64,000 bases of DNA from Pseudomonadales bacterium (GTDB lineage: Bacteria > Pseudomonadota > Gammaproteobacteria > Pseudomonadales > Azotimanducaceae). The stretch spans positions 26,384-90,383 of the forward strand of contig CBDATE010000010.1 in assembly GCA_965199815.1 (NCBI GenBank), in the 5' to 3' direction. This document shows positions 8,359 through 18,099 of this stretch, in pieces; position 1 is the first letter of the stretch; each line of letters opens with the position of its first letter. Made by a program: the position numbers and the translations under genes. Under the pieces are notes generated by a model. It made no database searches. It had not been told where the DNA came from and worked only from the letters and a program-made list of their open reading frames with translations.

Positions 8359-9095
8359 ACCTGCGAGTCATCTGCGCCTATTGTGCTTTTGGACTTGTCG
8401 CGTTCTGTGCGGCCTTGCTCTGGCAACTGCCGGCAAGCCTTGTGCCGAGGCTGCTGTACGCATCCCCGCAAGGGCAGTCATTCCAGCTCGACAGTGTCGA
8501 GGGCAGCTTCTGGCAAGGCACGGCGCACCTGTCGATAGACGGCATACACCTCGGCAGCCTGGATTGGCGTGTGCCACCGCTGCCGCTGCTGGGTCTATCG
8601 CCGAGAATCGACTGGCACCTTGAAGGTTCCAATCTTTCAGGACGCATCACCGTGACGCAAGCGTCCACGATCACCGACCTTGAAGGCAGCCTTGATCTCG
8701 TACGCATCGCTCCGGTCTTGTCGCGCTATGCTGTGCACATGGAAGGCCACTTGCGATTCGATGATTTTCGTCTGGAGACGCGCGCACAAACGGCAAGTCT
8801 GGCGGGTCAGATCGAATGGAGCGGCGGAGATGTGCGTGTGCGTATCGGCGACTGGCAAGAACGACAGGCACTCCCGACCATGCGTGCAACGGCAACCGAA
8901 GCGTCACGCATGGTTGTTACACTGCGCGATGATCAGACCCACACCCATGTACTTGCCGGAGAAATCCGGCTGCTCGGAGATGGTTGGGTGAAACTTGGAG
9001 CCACTGGACATCTGACCAGACGATTCAACCCATCGCTGGCGACGGGCGCTGACCCGGATGCCATTCTGGTCTCGGTAGAAGAACGGATTCTGTAA
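8355..9095 (+). CDS. gspN: Type II secretion system protein N-like
   Basis: 246-aa ORF with one N-terminal TM helix (ICAYCAFGLVAFCAALLW). Its size and its position directly upstream of gspC-gspD fit GspN. Its ATG overlaps the dapE stop (ATGA at 8355-8358). The family assignment is tentative. Confidence 0.45.
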   Translation: MNLRVICAYCAFGLVAFCAALLWQLPASLVPRLLYASPQGQSFQLDSVEGSFWQGTAHLSIDGIHLGSLDWRVPPLPLLGLSPRIDWHLEGSNLSGRITVTQASTITDLEGSLDLVRIAPVLSRYAVHMEGHLRFDDFRLETRAQTASLAGQIEWSGGDVRVRIGDWQERQALPTMRATATEASRMVVTLRDDQTHTHVLAGEIRLLGDGWVKLGATGHLTRRFNPSLATGADPDAILVSVEERIL

Positions 9096-9159
9096 CCCGA
9101 CACACAGGCCACAACCCGCCTGGGCAGCAAGCAATCAACCGGAAAAGAGTCACTCGCAC

Positions 9160-10107
9160 ATGCACTCTGCGCTCAGCATCAAGAACCATGTCAGCGCCGC
9201 CTGGCACAGCCCGGACAGGCTGATGAAACTGTCGCGACTGGCTGCCCGAACGATGAGCCTGACGCTCATCGTGCTGATCGCCTGGCTGATTGCCTCGACC
9301 CTGCTTGCATTGACCTTGCCGCGCGATTCGCTGCAAACGCCCGCAGACCCGCGTACACCGCAGACACCGGCACCTGATGCGGACACGCTTGCCGAAGCTG
9401 GCAATCTGTTTGGCATCTGGCAGGAGCGCACAGACGCTGTGCCGGTCGCACACGCCGAGGTGCCCACGGAAACCAGTCTGCCGCTCCGCCTCATCGGTGT
9501 GTATGTCAGCGCGTCTGCCGAGCGTTCCGCCGCGATTATTGCCAGAGGCAGTGAACAGGGTGTGCGTTATGTCGTCGGGGAGCGGATTCCGGGTAATGCT
9601 GTGCTGGCTTCGGTAAACGCGAACAGCGTGATGCTGACGCGAGCCGGGCGAACAGAGCGCCTGAGCTTCCCCGATATTGACGCAGACAACGCCATCAGGG
9701 CGCACGAATCCCGGGCAAGCGAGCCGCCACCCGATGTCGCACCGCCCATCGCGCGCACACAGCTCGGGAGCACACTGCCCGAGGTTTCCAGTCTGGGGGA
9801 GAAGATCGAAGAGTACCGGTCGCTCGCCACCCGTAATCCGGACGAAGCTCTGCAGCGGCTCGGGCTGCAACCGGTGAGCCAATCCGAAGCCAGTGGCTAT
9901 CGGGTGGCCGACCTGCCGGATAATCCATGGGTACGGCGCACCGGATTGCAGGATGGCGATCTGGTGCTCTCGGTGAATGGCCGTGCAATCGGTGACCCGC
10001 AGCTTGACCGATTGGAAATCGACAATCTGTTCGCGGAAGGTCGGGTACGGTTGGAGATTCAGCGCGGTGAGCGACGATTCTTTGTGGACACCACACTCGC
10101 CCGTTAG
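9160..10107 (+). CDS. gspC: Type II secretion system protein C (TM + HR region + C-terminal PDZ)
   Basis: It has an N-terminal TM helix (LTLIVLIAWLIASTLL) and a C-terminal PDZ-like segment (GYRVADLPDNPWVRRTGLQDGDLVLSVNGRAIGD). It lies immediately upstream of the secretin gene. Confidence 0.7.
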   Translation: MHSALSIKNHVSAAWHSPDRLMKLSRLAARTMSLTLIVLIAWLIASTLLALTLPRDSLQTPADPRTPQTPAPDADTLAEAGNLFGIWQERTDAVPVAHAEVPTETSLPLRLIGVYVSASAERSAAIIARGSEQGVRYVVGERIPGNAVLASVNANSVMLTRAGRTERLSFPDIDADNAIRAHESRASEPPPDVAPPIARTQLGSTLPEVSSLGEKIEEYRSLATRNPDEALQRLGLQPVSQSEASGYRVADLPDNPWVRRTGLQDGDLVLSVNGRAIGDPQLDRLEIDNLFAEGRVRLEIQRGERRFFVDTTLAR

Positions 10108-10120
10108 CCATTTCATCAGC

Positions 10121-12055
10121 ATGCAACTGACACCGAGACATCTTCTCTGCGCGCTGCTGCTCGGTACAGCTGCGCTCATGCCAGCGGTGGCGACCGGCGA
10201 AGAGACCTGGGAGATGAACCTGCGCGGTGCGGATATACGCGAACTCATCGGCAAGGTGTCGGAGATCAGCGGACGCAACTTCGTGCTCGACCCGCGAGTG
10301 CGCGGAGAAGTGACGGTCATAGCACCGCAACCGCTCGATGCAGATGGCATCTACGAGCTGTTTCTCGCGGTGCTCAGGGTGCACGGCTTTGCCGCCATAG
10401 ACTCGGATACGGGCGTGAAGATCATTCCTCAGGCAACCGCCCGGCAATCGATTCCGCTGACCGACCCGGACACCCTGTCTGGCGAGGACCTGGTCACCGA
10501 AGCCCTGTCCGTGATCAATGTACAGGCCAGCGGCCTGGTGGACATACTGCGTCCGCTGGTTGCCCAGCACGGACACATCTCGGCCGTGGAAAGCGCCAAT
10601 GTCATCATCCTGAGTGATCATGTGTCAAATCTGACGCGGCTCAAGAAGATCATCGAGGAAATCGATGTGGCCGATGAACTCGATATGCTGGTACTCCCGC
10701 TCGAACACATGTTCGTGGGCAATCTGGTGGAAATCCTGCAAAGGCTCGCGCCGGAAACGCTCGGACAGGTCGGCTCCGGCCCGCAGCGAGTGCAGCTCAT
10801 TGGCAACAGCTTCAATAATTCGCTGGTATTGCGGGGCAAATCCAGCGCAGTAGCACCAGTGCTCAAACTGGTACGGGAGCTTGATCAACCGGGGCGCGAA
10901 AACGGTGCGCCCGAGGTGCATTTTCTGCAACATTCCGATGCCACCGCAGTCGCGGAACTCTTGCGTGAACTCACCCCCACACCCAGTGGGGAAGATGCTA
11001 CCGTGGATGTCACTATCGGCGTGGATACATCAACCAATTCGGTAGTTGTGCGCGCTGACCCACGAGTGCGGATGGAACTTCGCCAGGTGATCAGGCAACT
11101 GGATATCCGGCGGCCGCAGGTGTTGATTGAAGCGGCAATCATTGAAGTGTCGGTGATCGATACACTGAAAGCCGGCGTTGAGCTGGCGGTGGCCGATGGT
11201 GAGGGACGCTCGGTGCCACTTGCCACCACGGCGCTCGATGCCACGCTCGCGCCGCTCTTTCGGGGGGTGTTGACGGATGAGAATGCCTCACGCGTTGATC
11301 CGATTGCAACGACAGCCGATGTGTATGGTGCGCGCCGGGGTGCATCCCTGGCCGTGGCGCGACTCGATGCGAGTGGCATCAGCTTCGCCGCCATGCTGCA
11401 ACTACTCGCTACCAATACCGCCGTCAACCTGCTGTCCACTCCGAGCGTGGTCACGCTCAACAATCAGGCAGCCAGCATCCAGGTAGGTCAGAACGTGCCT
11501 TTTCTGACCGGCACCTTTACCACTACCGCAGACGGTGCCAGCAACCCCTTTCGCACCACCGAACGACGCGACATAGGCATCACGCTTCAGGTCACGCCAC
11601 AGATTAATACCGGGGATGCCCTGCGTCTCGAGGTCATGCAGGTGGTGGAAACCATCGAACCGGTGGCGACTGCGACGGTGAACGATATAGTCACCAACAA
11701 GCGCGAAATATCCGCGACCATCCTGGCTCAGGATGAACAGACCATCGTGCTCGGCGGCCTCATTCAGGACAATTTCGAGAGCATCGAGCGCAAGGTGCCC
11801 TTGCTTGGTGATATTCCCGTCCTGGGTCGGCTGTTCCGCTCGGATTCGGATACCCGTCGCAAACGCAACCTCATTGTGCTGCTGCGACCAACGATCCTGC
11901 GCGATGCCTCAGGAGTGGCGCAAGCCACCAGACGCAAGTATGAAGGTGTATTTGAAGCCGAACTCGAAGCGGGTGATGTGCCGTCAATCGAAGGCGTGTA
12001 CGAGGGCCTCATGCGTGAATCCGAGGCATTTGCAGAGGATGCGACCGAGCAATGA
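10121..12055 (+). CDS. gspD: Type II secretion system secretin
   Basis: It has a signal peptide (MQLTPRHLLCALLLGTAALMPAVATG), N0 domain (NLRGADIRELIGKVSEISGRNFVLDPRVRGEVTV) and a secretin C-domain (VPLLGDIPVLGRLFRSDSDTRRKRNLIVLLRPTIL). The start is taken at the ATG at 10121. Confidence 0.9.
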   Translation: MQLTPRHLLCALLLGTAALMPAVATGEETWEMNLRGADIRELIGKVSEISGRNFVLDPRVRGEVTVIAPQPLDADGIYELFLAVLRVHGFAAIDSDTGVKIIPQATARQSIPLTDPDTLSGEDLVTEALSVINVQASGLVDILRPLVAQHGHISAVESANVIILSDHVSNLTRLKKIIEEIDVADELDMLVLPLEHMFVGNLVEILQRLAPETLGQVGSGPQRVQLIGNSFNNSLVLRGKSSAVAPVLKLVRELDQPGRENGAPEVHFLQHSDATAVAELLRELTPTPSGEDATVDVTIGVDTSTNSVVVRADPRVRMELRQVIRQLDIRRPQVLIEAAIIEVSVIDTLKAGVELAVADGEGRSVPLATTALDATLAPLFRGVLTDENASRVDPIATTADVYGARRGASLAVARLDASGISFAAMLQLLATNTAVNLLSTPSVVTLNNQAASIQVGQNVPFLTGTFTTTADGASNPFRTTERRDIGITLQVTPQINTGDALRLEVMQVVETIEPVATATVNDIVTNKREISATILAQDEQTIVLGGLIQDNFESIERKVPLLGDIPVLGRLFRSDSDTRRKRNLIVLLRPTILRDASGVAQATRRKYEGVFEAELEAGDVPSIEGVYEGLMRESEAFAEDATEQ

Positions 12056-12375
12056 TGCCGGGGCGACTGATGCGTGTGTCCTGAAGGGGTGCTCTTCTTG
12101 TCCGGGGAAAACCCGACGGCATAGGGATGTAGGGAGGGAGGTATGCCGCCGGGCGAACCCTGAAACTCAATCTCGAATCAGCTTGAATCGGTGTGCTCGG
12201 GTAGTCGAGCTTGATTCCTGCTGCAATGCAATTGGCTACTATAAACTGATTCGAGCGTGAGTATTTACTTGAGTTGTGAGTGTTACGCACATGTGTGCAA
12301 GAACTGTCTCTCGCCAGTGCAACTTTTTGAACACGCATCGCAAGCCGGATATTCTCCGTTTATGCACATGTCATT

Positions 12376-12431
12376 CACATGATTGGCACACGATTGGCAC
12401 ACGATTGGCACACGATTGGCACACGATTGGC
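12376..12431. repeat. Five phased copies of an 11-bp motif (CACAYGATTGG)
   Basis: GATTGGCACAC begins at 12381, 12392, 12403 and 12414, with a degenerate copy at 12425. The repeat lies in the 440-bp AT-richer spacer between convergent gspD and tusA. Confidence 0.9.
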
Positions 12432-12498
12432 CCGGCGATTGCTGTGCGTATCACTTCTGAACACCGCAAGCTGATCCGGGCAGTGCCCGTCAACAACT

Positions 12499-12756
12499 TC
12501 ATGCCCCACCTTTTTCAACAACATAGACATAGAGTTCGGCTTCTTGCGAGGCGTACAGCAAGCGGTGTCCGAGGAAGTGGCAGTAGTCGGAGAAATCCTT
12601 GCGGGTCGTTGGGTCGGTCGCGGTGATGCGTATGCGCTCACCAACCGACATGTCACGAACGCAGTTGCGCAGCAGCATGAGCGGCTCCGGGCAGGTCAAC
12701 CCCCTGGCATCGAGGCTTCTTTGCGTCATCTGCTGTGTTGTCGGCGTATCTTGCAT
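12499..12756 (-). CDS. tusA: Sulfurtransferase TusA/SirA family
   Basis: 85-aa ORF with LDARGLTCPEPLMLLRNCV (CPxP active-site motif). Confidence 0.85.
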   Translation of the reverse strand: MQDTPTTQQMTQRSLDARGLTCPEPLMLLRNCVRDMSVGERIRITATDPTTRKDFSDYCHFLGHRLLYASQEAELYVYVVEKGGA

Positions 12757-12802
12757 CAGGATATGGAGTAATCTCTCACTACATTCAACCAGACAGACAT
12801 TC

Positions 12803-14155
12803 GTGCATACATGTCCCCGGATTCAGGCAAGGCTTCGGGCAGCGCTCCTGCTGGCAGCCTGCATCGGCAGTCAACAACTATACGCGACACCCGATACCGA
12901 AACGCGCATCGAGACAGCGCGGTTTGAGCTTGCTTCAGCCCTGGAGCGTACCAGAGAGCAGATTGCGCGCCTTGAAGGTACAGAAGCCATCGCGCCTCTC
13001 GAGCAGGCTATTCGTGGCTTCGAGATACAAATCTTCAGAGATGCCCCGGAACTGGCAGAAGCCTGGATGTGGCTTGGCGATGCCTATCTGCAAGCCGAGC
13101 AGATACAGGCCGCGAGCAATGCCTACGAACAATCGATTCACATCACGCGTGTGAATCGCGGACTGTTCACACTGGAACAGCTTGAAACCCTGTACCGCCA
13201 GGCCAGGCTGCTTGAAACCACTGGCGACCTTGATGGTGCCACCGCGCGCGAAGAATACGCTCTGGTCCTGCAGCGACGACAATTCGGGCGTACCCCCGAA
13301 CTGGTTCCGAGCCTGAATCGTCTGGCCGGGTGGTATCTCTCGCTGTCCGAACCTGTGCGTGCACGCCAGTTGTACGACGAAGCTATCTCGACTATGGAAA
13401 GTGCCCCCGACAAGCACGACACAACACTCAAGAGCGCGTTGATAGACTCCCATGTTGGTATCGCGAATGCCTATCGTATGGAGCGATTCCCTCCTGACGG
13501 CTTCTACGAAGATGAGGACAAGGAATTCAACTGGCGGGCGGGACAGCGGCAACCCGCCAAATTGAACCTGTCTCACGGTCTGTATTTCGCGCCGGCCAAT
13601 CGCGCCCTGTTGCGTGCCGAGGCTCTGCTGGCACCGCAGGCCGATGCTTCCGATGCAGCCAGATTGCGACTGTCAACAGTCAGAATCGCCCTCGGAGACT
13701 TGAACATGCTGTTCGAGCGCTGGGGCAGCGCCGAACAGTGGTACAAGTCCGTCTTTGCACTCTGGGAAGGCTTGCCAGAGGGCGAGCCACAGGAGACCGG
13801 GCAAACTCTGGACGAGAGACTGCACACCTGGTTCGGCAATCCGGTTCCGCTGCATCTTCCCCTGCCAAAGGATATAGGGCGGGTCAAGGACTACCCACCG
13901 GAAAGGATTGGCATCGGATCGATTACGCTCGCTTTTTCACTGTCTCCGCAAGGCAAGGTCGAACGTATCAAGACGCTTGACATGGAGCCTGACCGGTTTC
14001 GGGACCTGCGTTTCCGGCGTATCCTGCGTGAATCGCGCTTTCGTCCGCGCATCGAGCAGGGTGTAGCCGTGAGTTCTGAAGAATTCGTCCATCGCCACGA
14101 GTTCCTGTACGTGACGCAGGATGCGTCAGGCGCAGAATCGGGCACTGCGGATTGA
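12803..14155 (+). CDS. Secreted TPR-like protein with a C-terminal TonB_C-like domain
   Basis: The start is moved to GTG at 12803 to avoid overlapping tusA. The signal peptide is RIQARLRAALLLAACIGSQQLYA. The middle is helical-repeat sequence. The C-terminus (YPPERIGIGSITLAFSLSPQGKVERIKTL...ILRESRFRPRIEQGVAV) resembles the TonB C-terminal fold. Confidence 0.6.
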   Translation: MHTCPRIQARLRAALLLAACIGSQQLYATPDTETRIETARFELASALERTREQIARLEGTEAIAPLEQAIRGFEIQIFRDAPELAEAWMWLGDAYLQAEQIQAASNAYEQSIHITRVNRGLFTLEQLETLYRQARLLETTGDLDGATAREEYALVLQRRQFGRTPELVPSLNRLAGWYLSLSEPVRARQLYDEAISTMESAPDKHDTTLKSALIDSHVGIANAYRMERFPPDGFYEDEDKEFNWRAGQRQPAKLNLSHGLYFAPANRALLRAEALLAPQADASDAARLRLSTVRIALGDLNMLFERWGSAEQWYKSVFALWEGLPEGEPQETGQTLDERLHTWFGNPVPLHLPLPKDIGRVKDYPPERIGIGSITLAFSLSPQGKVERIKTLDMEPDRFRDLRFRRILRESRFRPRIEQGVAVSSEEFVHRHEFLYVTQDASGAESGTAD

Positions 14156-14243
14156 CATACTGTACGTATAATCAGACTCTCGGAATACACGCGTTTGCAG
14201 ACGGCCAACCAGGGAAAACCACTGCGTGAGAGGCAGCCTCGAT

Positions 14244-15251
14244 ATGTCAATCGAACCACTCCGAACAAGAGCACCCGCGCTCCTGCTGACCCTGCTCATG
14301 GTCATGCTGATCAGTGCCTGCACTCCGCAATCGAGCAGTTCGCCCCCGGGAGTGCCCTCGCTACCCTCTGCCGGCGGTCAGGCTGGTAGCCCTCCCCCCG
14401 GGGGAGGCCCTGCGGGTGGTGGTGCGCCTTCGGCTGGCGGGGATGCGGGTGGTGGCAGCTCCGGCGAAGGCGGCGCAACGAATGCCGGTACGCCGTCCGG
14501 CAGCGCGGATGGCAGCGCTTCCGGCGGAGGGAGCTCCGCTGGAAGCATGCCATCTGGCAGCGCTTCTGGCGGAGGGAGCTCCGCTGGAAGCATGCCGTCT
14601 GGCAGCACTTCCGGAGATGGCGGACAGGACGGTGCGCAAAGCTCATCCAATGGTACGCAATCATCCTCCGGAAGCGGACAGCCGACAGCAAGTGCCTCCG
14701 GCAGCTCGGGAAGCCAACCGGCGGGGAGTGGCGCTGCGTCAGCCGGTGGCGGTACAGGTGGCGGTGCAGGTGGCGGTACGGGTGGCGGCGGGACAGTTGG
14801 TGGTACAAGTGGTGGCGGCGGTATTGGCACAGGCGATATCGGCGGTGCCGCGGCCATTTTCAACAAGGCGCTCGGCGACTTTGACGGTGTCATCCTTGCC
14901 GGTCAGCGACGCGGCGCATCCACTTCGGGCACAAGCGGCGAGCTGCCGGGCAGCAACGCCGGCAACAGAACAGGATCAGGCTCAGCCAGGCAAGGCACTG
15001 GTACGATTGCCGGTGCCCGCGGGAATTTCCCCGGCGGCACACAAACCACAAGCCGCGGCATGGGCTCGGGCGGGAGCGGCAAAGCTCCGCGTGGCAGCAA
15101 CGCGACAGTCGATGATATCCCGCCCGATATTCCGGTTGCCGACGATGATGATGTCCTCGCACGCCAACTGCGGGAAGCCGCCATGAACGAGCAGGACCCG
15201 GAACTTCGCGAAAAGCTCTGGGAAGAGTACCGACGCTACATCAAAGGCTGA
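14244..15251 (+). CDS. Gly/Ser-rich lipoprotein
   Basis: It has a lipobox (LLMVMLISAC), a long G/S/A low-complexity region containing a 45-bp tandem duplication, and a conserved-looking acidic C-terminal helix (DDDVLARQLREAAMNEQDPELREKLWEEYRRYIKG). Confidence 0.55.
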   Translation: MSIEPLRTRAPALLLTLLMVMLISACTPQSSSSPPGVPSLPSAGGQAGSPPPGGGPAGGGAPSAGGDAGGGSSGEGGATNAGTPSGSADGSASGGGSSAGSMPSGSASGGGSSAGSMPSGSTSGDGGQDGAQSSSNGTQSSSGSGQPTASASGSSGSQPAGSGAASAGGGTGGGAGGGTGGGGTVGGTSGGGGIGTGDIGGAAAIFNKALGDFDGVILAGQRRGASTSGTSGELPGSNAGNRTGSGSARQGTGTIAGARGNFPGGTQTTSRGMGSGGSGKAPRGSNATVDDIPPDIPVADDDDVLARQLREAAMNEQDPELREKLWEEYRRYIKG

Positions 15252-15293
15252 AGATTGACACATGACTCACAGTCACTGGAGACTACCAACATC

Positions 15294-16568
15294 ATGAACC
15301 CCTCGCGAATCTGCCTCGTCCTGTCGCTTGCCATCCCGCTGCTCGCCATGTCTCTCGGCGGCTGTGCGACCACGGCCGAAGTGCGCCGGGTGGACATCAC
15401 TCCGGCGAAGCAGAGTCCGCAGCCAATTGACGAAATGCGCCTGCTCGATGTCGGCATACTGCACTTTCAGCCGAACATCCCGGAGGATTTCGACGAGCAG
15501 ATTGAAGACAACATCATGCCCGAGATTCGCCGCGCCGAAGCCTATTTCCTGGCCTATCAGCAAAAGCTGGTGCTTGAAGGCACAGGCAATTGGGGAGCAG
15601 TGCGCGTACTTCCGCGGCCGAGCAACGCAGTCGATGTCCTCCTCGAAGGGCAGATCGATGTTTCCAATGGCGAGCGACTGGCGGTGCACGCCAAGGCAAC
15701 CGATGCCACCGGACGCATCTGGCTGAACAAATCCTACAAGGCGCTTACCAGCCGCTATTCCTACGGGAACAGGCAGGGCGAACAGATAGATCCCTACCAC
15801 GGGGTCTTCCGCGAGATCGCCGACGACCTGCTCAAAGCCATGCTGGAACTGCGCGATGAGCAGCTCGACCGCATCAAGCTCGCGGGGGAATTGCGCTTTG
15901 CGCGCGACTTCTCCACGGAAGGATTCGGCGACAACATCAGCATCCGGCGCGACGGACGGGTCACCATCAAGCGCCTGCCCGCCGAAGGCGACCCGATGTT
16001 CGCGCGGGTGCGCGAGATTCGCAAGAAGGAACATCTGTTCATCGACACCCTGGACGAGTACTACGGTCAATTCAGCGACGAAATGTCAACGGCCTACAAC
16101 GAATGGCGACAAGCTTCCTTCGAGGAGGTGTATCAACAGCAGGCGATGAAGCGCGAAGCACTGACAGAACTCATCGCCGGTGCCGCGCTGATTGCCGGTG
16201 GCATCTACGCACAGACGAGCAGCAATCCGATTACCACAACCTCCGGGGCGGTGGGCATGGCAGGCGGCGCGGGGCTCATCAAGAGTGGTCTGGACAAGCG
16301 CGCCGCGGCCCAGATTCACTCGGAAATCCTGGCGGAACTCGGCGAGTCCGCGGGCGAGTCCATCGCCCCGCACACGATCGAGCTGGAGAATCGCACCATC
16401 TATCTGACAGGCAATGTCGAGGCACAGTACGAAGTCTTTCGCGAGGCCCTGCGTCGCTTGTACTTCGAGGAAATGGGACTGACGCTACCGGAAGAAGCGG
16501 CTGACTCGGACGTACAGGCAGAGCGCCCGCAACCCGAGCAGGTGCCAGAGACCCCGTACACCGGCTAG
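15294..16568 (+). CDS. Lipoprotein, unknown function
   Basis: It has a lipobox (LLAMSLGGC). The 424-aa sequence is non-repetitive, with a Gly/Ala-rich hydrophobic segment near the C-terminus (LIAGAALIAGGIYA...GAVGMAGGAGLI). Confidence 0.6.
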   Translation: MNPSRICLVLSLAIPLLAMSLGGCATTAEVRRVDITPAKQSPQPIDEMRLLDVGILHFQPNIPEDFDEQIEDNIMPEIRRAEAYFLAYQQKLVLEGTGNWGAVRVLPRPSNAVDVLLEGQIDVSNGERLAVHAKATDATGRIWLNKSYKALTSRYSYGNRQGEQIDPYHGVFREIADDLLKAMLELRDEQLDRIKLAGELRFARDFSTEGFGDNISIRRDGRVTIKRLPAEGDPMFARVREIRKKEHLFIDTLDEYYGQFSDEMSTAYNEWRQASFEEVYQQQAMKREALTELIAGAALIAGGIYAQTSSNPITTTSGAVGMAGGAGLIKSGLDKRAAAQIHSEILAELGESAGESIAPHTIELENRTIYLTGNVEAQYEVFREALRRLYFEEMGLTLPEEAADSDVQAERPQPEQVPETPYTG

Positions 16569-16616
16569 ACCAGATTGCGTCCTGCGGCGCAGACTCCGGG
16601 CCGCCACCGGCAGCAA

Positions 16617-18095
16617 ATGTCTGATTCTGAAGTCATCCAACCGCGCAAGGTACAGCTCGGTGCCGACACCTCGCTGGTGCCCGGATTCAGGTTCAGGTAC
16701 ATCTGGGTGACCCTGGCCGTGGGTCTCGCAGCCTTGTCCCTGACTGCGCTCATTCTGTTGGCACCGGAAATATCACGCGACCCGCCGCCGCCACCTCAGC
16801 CACAGACAGGGGCAGCGCCGATGGCGGACAGAGGCGAGCTCTCCACCCCCTTGCAGATGCAGCGACACGAGCGCGCGCTCGAAGAGGCGAACCGTTTCGT
16901 CAGGCAATTCACGGAACTCGAAATTGAACTTGAAGACGCATGGAATGTGCGCGCCTGGGGCAAACAGGCATTCGAAGCGGCGGGGCAGCTGGCAATCGAA
17001 GCCGAACGCGCCTTTTCCGAGCGAGACTACGAATCGGCAATGACAGGCTACACGCAAGGTGTCGGCGCGCTGGAGAACATGCTCGCGAATGCGCGCTCGA
17101 ACTACGAACAGCAGGTGCAGATCGCCCTTGATGCACTCGCCGAACGCGATGCCGAAGCGGCCAGTCAGGCGCTCGATGCGGCCGCGCTCTATCAGCCGGA
17201 GGCCGCCATGATCGAGAGTGGTCGGCGACGACTCGCGCGGCTTGATGAACTCGATGCCCTGCTCAACCGGGCATCCGAGGCAGAGACCGGCGGCAACTAC
17301 GGCGAAGCCCTTCGTCTGGCCGAACAAGCGCGCGCCATGGATCCGGGTACGCGAGGCATCGCCGACATCATCAGCCGCTTGCGCCAGGCGGGCCTTGATG
17401 CGAAGTTCAGGGCGATACTGGCAGAAGGTTATACCGCTCTTGATGGCGAGGACTTCGAGAGCGCAGAAACGGCCTTCACGGCGGCGCTCGCCCTGATTCC
17501 GGGTGACCCGGCGGCTCGACAGGGACTCGATCAGGTGCTGACCAGCCGCTCGAACTCGCGCATCCGGATCGGGTTGGCCGAGGCGACGCAAAAGATCCAG
17601 GCAGAAGACTGGGAAGGCGCAATCGAGGCACTTGAACAGGTGCGCCAGATCGATCCCAACCTGAGCGAAGTCAATGCAGGTCTCCTGAATGCTCGCAGTC
17701 GCAAGGCGCTCGACGAGGCGCTCGACGAAGTGCTGCGCGACCCGGGGCGGTTGGCCGATGAGCGCCGCTTCACGCGCGCCAGCACACTGCTGAGCGAGAG
17801 TTCACGCATCGAGTTGGCCGGGCCAAGGCTGAGCGCACAGCGCGAGAAGCTTGCCGAGTTCATCGACATCGCCTCCGGAGAAGCCAGGGTCACCCTCTTG
17901 TCCGACGACAAGACGGATGTGCGCCTGCAATACCACGGAGACCTCGGTCGATTCAGGCAGCGCGAGATGATTCTGCGACCTGGCCGCTATCTGATTCAGG
18001 GCGGTCGTGACGGCTACCGCGATGTACGCTTCGAGGTTGACGTAGCGCCCGGTGAGCAGCGCATCGAAGTGCTGTGCGAGGAGCCGGTGCGCTAG
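16617..18095 (+). CDS. Membrane-anchored TPR-repeat protein with a PEGA-like C-terminus
   Basis: It has one TM helix (IWVTLAVGLAALSLTALILLAP) and an Ala/Glu/Leu-rich TPR-like repeat region. The C-terminus (RVTLLSDDKTDVRL...ILRPGRYLIQGGRDGYRDVRFEVDV) resembles a PEGA beta-sandwich. The start is taken at the ATG at 16617. Confidence 0.55.
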   Translation: MSDSEVIQPRKVQLGADTSLVPGFRFRYIWVTLAVGLAALSLTALILLAPEISRDPPPPPQPQTGAAPMADRGELSTPLQMQRHERALEEANRFVRQFTELEIELEDAWNVRAWGKQAFEAAGQLAIEAERAFSERDYESAMTGYTQGVGALENMLANARSNYEQQVQIALDALAERDAEAASQALDAAALYQPEAAMIESGRRRLARLDELDALLNRASEAETGGNYGEALRLAEQARAMDPGTRGIADIISRLRQAGLDAKFRAILAEGYTALDGEDFESAETAFTAALALIPGDPAARQGLDQVLTSRSNSRIRIGLAEATQKIQAEDWEGAIEALEQVRQIDPNLSEVNAGLLNARSRKALDEALDEVLRDPGRLADERRFTRASTLLSESSRIELAGPRLSAQREKLAEFIDIASGEARVTLLSDDKTDVRLQYHGDLGRFRQREMILRPGRYLIQGGRDGYRDVRFEVDVAPGEQRIEVLCEEPVR

Positions 18096-18099
18096 CCTG

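Noticed and set aside
9025-10621. 441-aa and 308-aa minus-strand ORFs
   Set aside because: They are antisense to gspC/gspD. Their Arg/Gly/Pro-rich composition marks them as shadow frames.
12599-12802. The upstream 68 codons of the 518-aa ORF
   Set aside because: This part overlaps tusA on the opposite strand and encodes no plausible N-terminus. A GTG at 12803 gives a normal signal peptide.
14314-15186. Alternative-frame ORFs (290 aa + strand, 171 aa minus strand) within the Gly/Ser-rich gene
   Set aside because: Low-complexity GC-rich DNA is open in several frames. Only the frame starting MSIEPL... has a signal peptide with lipobox and a non-repetitive C-terminus.
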